A stretch of DNA of 64,000 nt. It comes from an uncultured Gemmatimonadales bacterium (lineage in GTDB: Bacteria; Gemmatimonadota; Gemmatimonadetes; Gemmatimonadales; Gemmatimonadaceae). Under the pieces are notes generated by a model. The model did not search any database. It was not told where the DNA came from and saw only the letters and a program-made list of their open reading frames with translations. The DNA is taken from NCBI GenBank assembly GCA_963770025.1, contig CAVYNV010000002.1, forward strand, positions 17,818-81,817. The letters run 5' to 3'. A program made the position numbers and the translations under genes. This document shows, one piece after another, positions 62,216 through 64,000 of the stretch (position 1 is its first letter; every line of letters starts with the position of its first letter).

Positions 62216-64000
62216 ATGACCCTATACGCCGCAACGATTTTCCTGAGCGCGTTTCTGCTCTTTCAAGTGCAGCCGCTCATCGCCAAGATCATTCTGCCCT
62301 GGTTCGGCGGATCGGCCGCGGTCTGGAGCGCGGCGTTGCTCTTCTTTCAGCTCATGCTACTCGCCGGCTACGGATACGCGCACCTGCTGATCCGGTTCCT
62401 CAAAAGTAGGGTTCAAGCGGTGTGCCACAGCGCGCTCCTGGTCGCGAGTTGCGCGCTGCTCCCGATCCTTCCCTCCCCGTCGTGGAAGCCCGGTGCACTG
62501 GGGGATCCGACGTGGCGGATCTTGGCCGCCCTGACGGCGACCGTCGGGTTGCCGTACTTCCTTCTGGCGGCGACGAGCCCGCTGCTACAGGCGTGGTACG
62601 TGCGACACCGAGATCGCGCGATGCCGTACCGGTTGTTTGCGCTCTCGAATCTCGGGTCGTTGCTCGCGCTGGTGAGCTTTCCGGTCCTGGTCGAGCCGCG
62701 GCTTGGATCGAGACACCAGGCGCTCGCGTGGTCGGGTGCGTACGCGGTGTTCGCCGTGCTGTGCGGCATCATGGCCTGGGTCAGTCGGCGCGGCGGCACC
62801 CGCACAGCCTCCCGCGCATCCGCGGCAACGGGGGCCGTCGCAAAACCACGTATCTCCGAGATGCTGCTCTGGGTGGCTTTGCCCGCCTGTGCGTCGACCT
62901 TGCTGGTCTCGGTGACGAGTCACATGAGTCAGGACATCGCCGCCATTCCTCTGCTCTGGGTGCTACCGCTGGCGATCTATCTGATGACGTTCATCCTCTC
63001 GTTCGAGAGCGACCGCCTGTACGAGCGGTGGCTGTTCGTGCCGCTGCTCGTGCTGGCACTCGATGCGATGGCGCATTTCATGTGGAACGCCAGCCTCGGC
63101 ATCAAGGAACTGGTCGCCATCTTTGCCGCCGGCCTGTTCGTCTGCTGCATGGTGTGCCACGGTGAGCTCGCCCGGCGAACGTCCGGCGCCACAGTATCTG
63201 ACGACCTTCTACCTGCTGGTGGCCCTCGGCGGCGCGCTGGGCGGGGTCTTCGTCGCGTTACTGGCCCCCCACCTGTTTCGAACCTATCTCGAGTTGCCCA
63301 TCGGGCTCGTTGTGTGTGCGACTCTTGCGACCATCGTGGTGTGGAACGTACGACCGCTCCGCGTGACGCTCGTGGCCGCGACGGTCCTCGTGGCGTGGCC
63401 TCTGGCGCGTCAGGAGCGCCTGGCTCGGGCAAGCTATCGCCTGATTGCGCGCAATTTTTACGGCGTGCTGTCAGTTCACGATGGCCCGCGCCTGCGCACG
63501 CTATATAACGGCACGATCGATCATGGCTCACAACTGTTGGACCTGCGGTGGCGCTACGAGCCGACGGACTACTATGGGCCCAACTCTGGTGTCGGGCGCG
63601 CCATCCGGGCGATGCAGGCGACCGGGCCGATTCGCGTCGGCAGCATTGGGCTTGGCGCGGGTGTGCTCGCGGCCTACAGTCGCTCCGGCGATACGTACCG
63701 CATCTACGAGATCAATCCCTTGGTCCCCGATATCGCCCAGACGCAGTTCTCCTTCTATCCGGATTCTCCGGCCGACAAGCGCATCCTGCTAGGTGACGCC
63801 CGTCTGACGCTGGAGCGACAGGAAGACCAGCATTTCGATATCTTATCGGTCGACGCGTTCACCGGCGATGCCATCCCGGTTCATCTCCTGACCCAAGAGG
63901 CTATGGCGCTCTACTTCAGGCACCTCAAGCCGCATGGGATTCTGGCCGTGCACATCTCGAACGCGTACCTGGATCTGGCCCCGGTGTGCGCTCGCAACGC
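62216..64000 (+). pseudogene. fused polytopic membrane domain / spermidine synthase-like protein, interrupted by a +1 frameshift near 63176-63179 (or sequence error); continues past right edge
   Basis: Frame A (track ORF 62216..63508) is hydrophobic as far as FVCCMVCHGELARR. The +1 frame then reads RPAPQYLTTFYLLVALGGALGGVFVALLAPHLF...GLGAGVLAAY...ILSVDAFTGDAIPVHLLTQEA...GILAVHISN (a class I MTase / spermidine synthase fold). It has no stop up to position 64000. Confidence 0.75.

Overview
This is a high-G+C chromosomal segment (roughly 70% by eye; not computed) from a diderm bacterium. It carries LPS-core, TolC/RND, OmpA and porin genes. The lineage cannot be fixed without a database search. 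I could support about 60 protein genes and 3 tRNAs, almost all core housekeeping.

Gene content, left to right:
- purD (partial), a Cys/Met PLP enzyme, and a receiver/HD-GYP regulator.
- glmM-like and glmS, then a frameshifted maf.
- A minus-strand chain: trpE, FHA-adenylate cyclase, Kdo-kinase-like, GT9 heptosyltransferase.
- A 697-aa secreted protein of unknown function and a hexapeptide acyltransferase.
- A proteostasis block: engB-lon-clpX-clpP-tig, tRNA-Leu, htrA, dnaK, rhomboid.
- A large phosphate block: ppk1, an orphan DNA-repair-type radical SAM gene, ppx-phoU-pstB-pstB-pstA-pstC-pstS, a porin, an RND efflux operon, and phoR-phoB.
- thiD, an M48 peptidase, a SpoU methyltransferase, pilD, an HEXXH protein, and a second lon.
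- ffh-rpsP-rimM-trmD-rplS-rnhB, then an OmpA-like gene.
- tRNA-Lys, hemQ, a cupredoxin and tRNA-Pro.
- A visibly lower-G+C stretch with orphan and decayed genes, ending in a fused membrane/spermidine-synthase-like gene that runs off the right edge.

I found no CRISPR array, transposase, integrase, rRNA or recognisable defence system.

Points most worth a second look:
1. Three +1 frameshifts (maf, essential rpsP, the speE-like gene) all sit on the same heptamer ACGTTCG. This is most likely a motif-specific sequence error but needs read-level checking.
2. A family of G/C-rich hairpin clusters fills several long intergenic regions, and one terminator-like hairpin faces the wrong way for its neighbours.
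3. Direct repeats and a long purine/pyrimidine hairpin flank tRNA-Leu.
4. Two consensus CRP-type palindromes lie upstream of the OmpA-like gene.
5. The FHA-cyclase is translationally coupled to LPS-core genes.
6. The Pho super-cluster contains an orphan radical SAM gene and candidate Pho boxes.
7. A low-G+C islet abuts tRNA-Pro.

All functional calls rest on motif recognition in the supplied translations. No searches were run.
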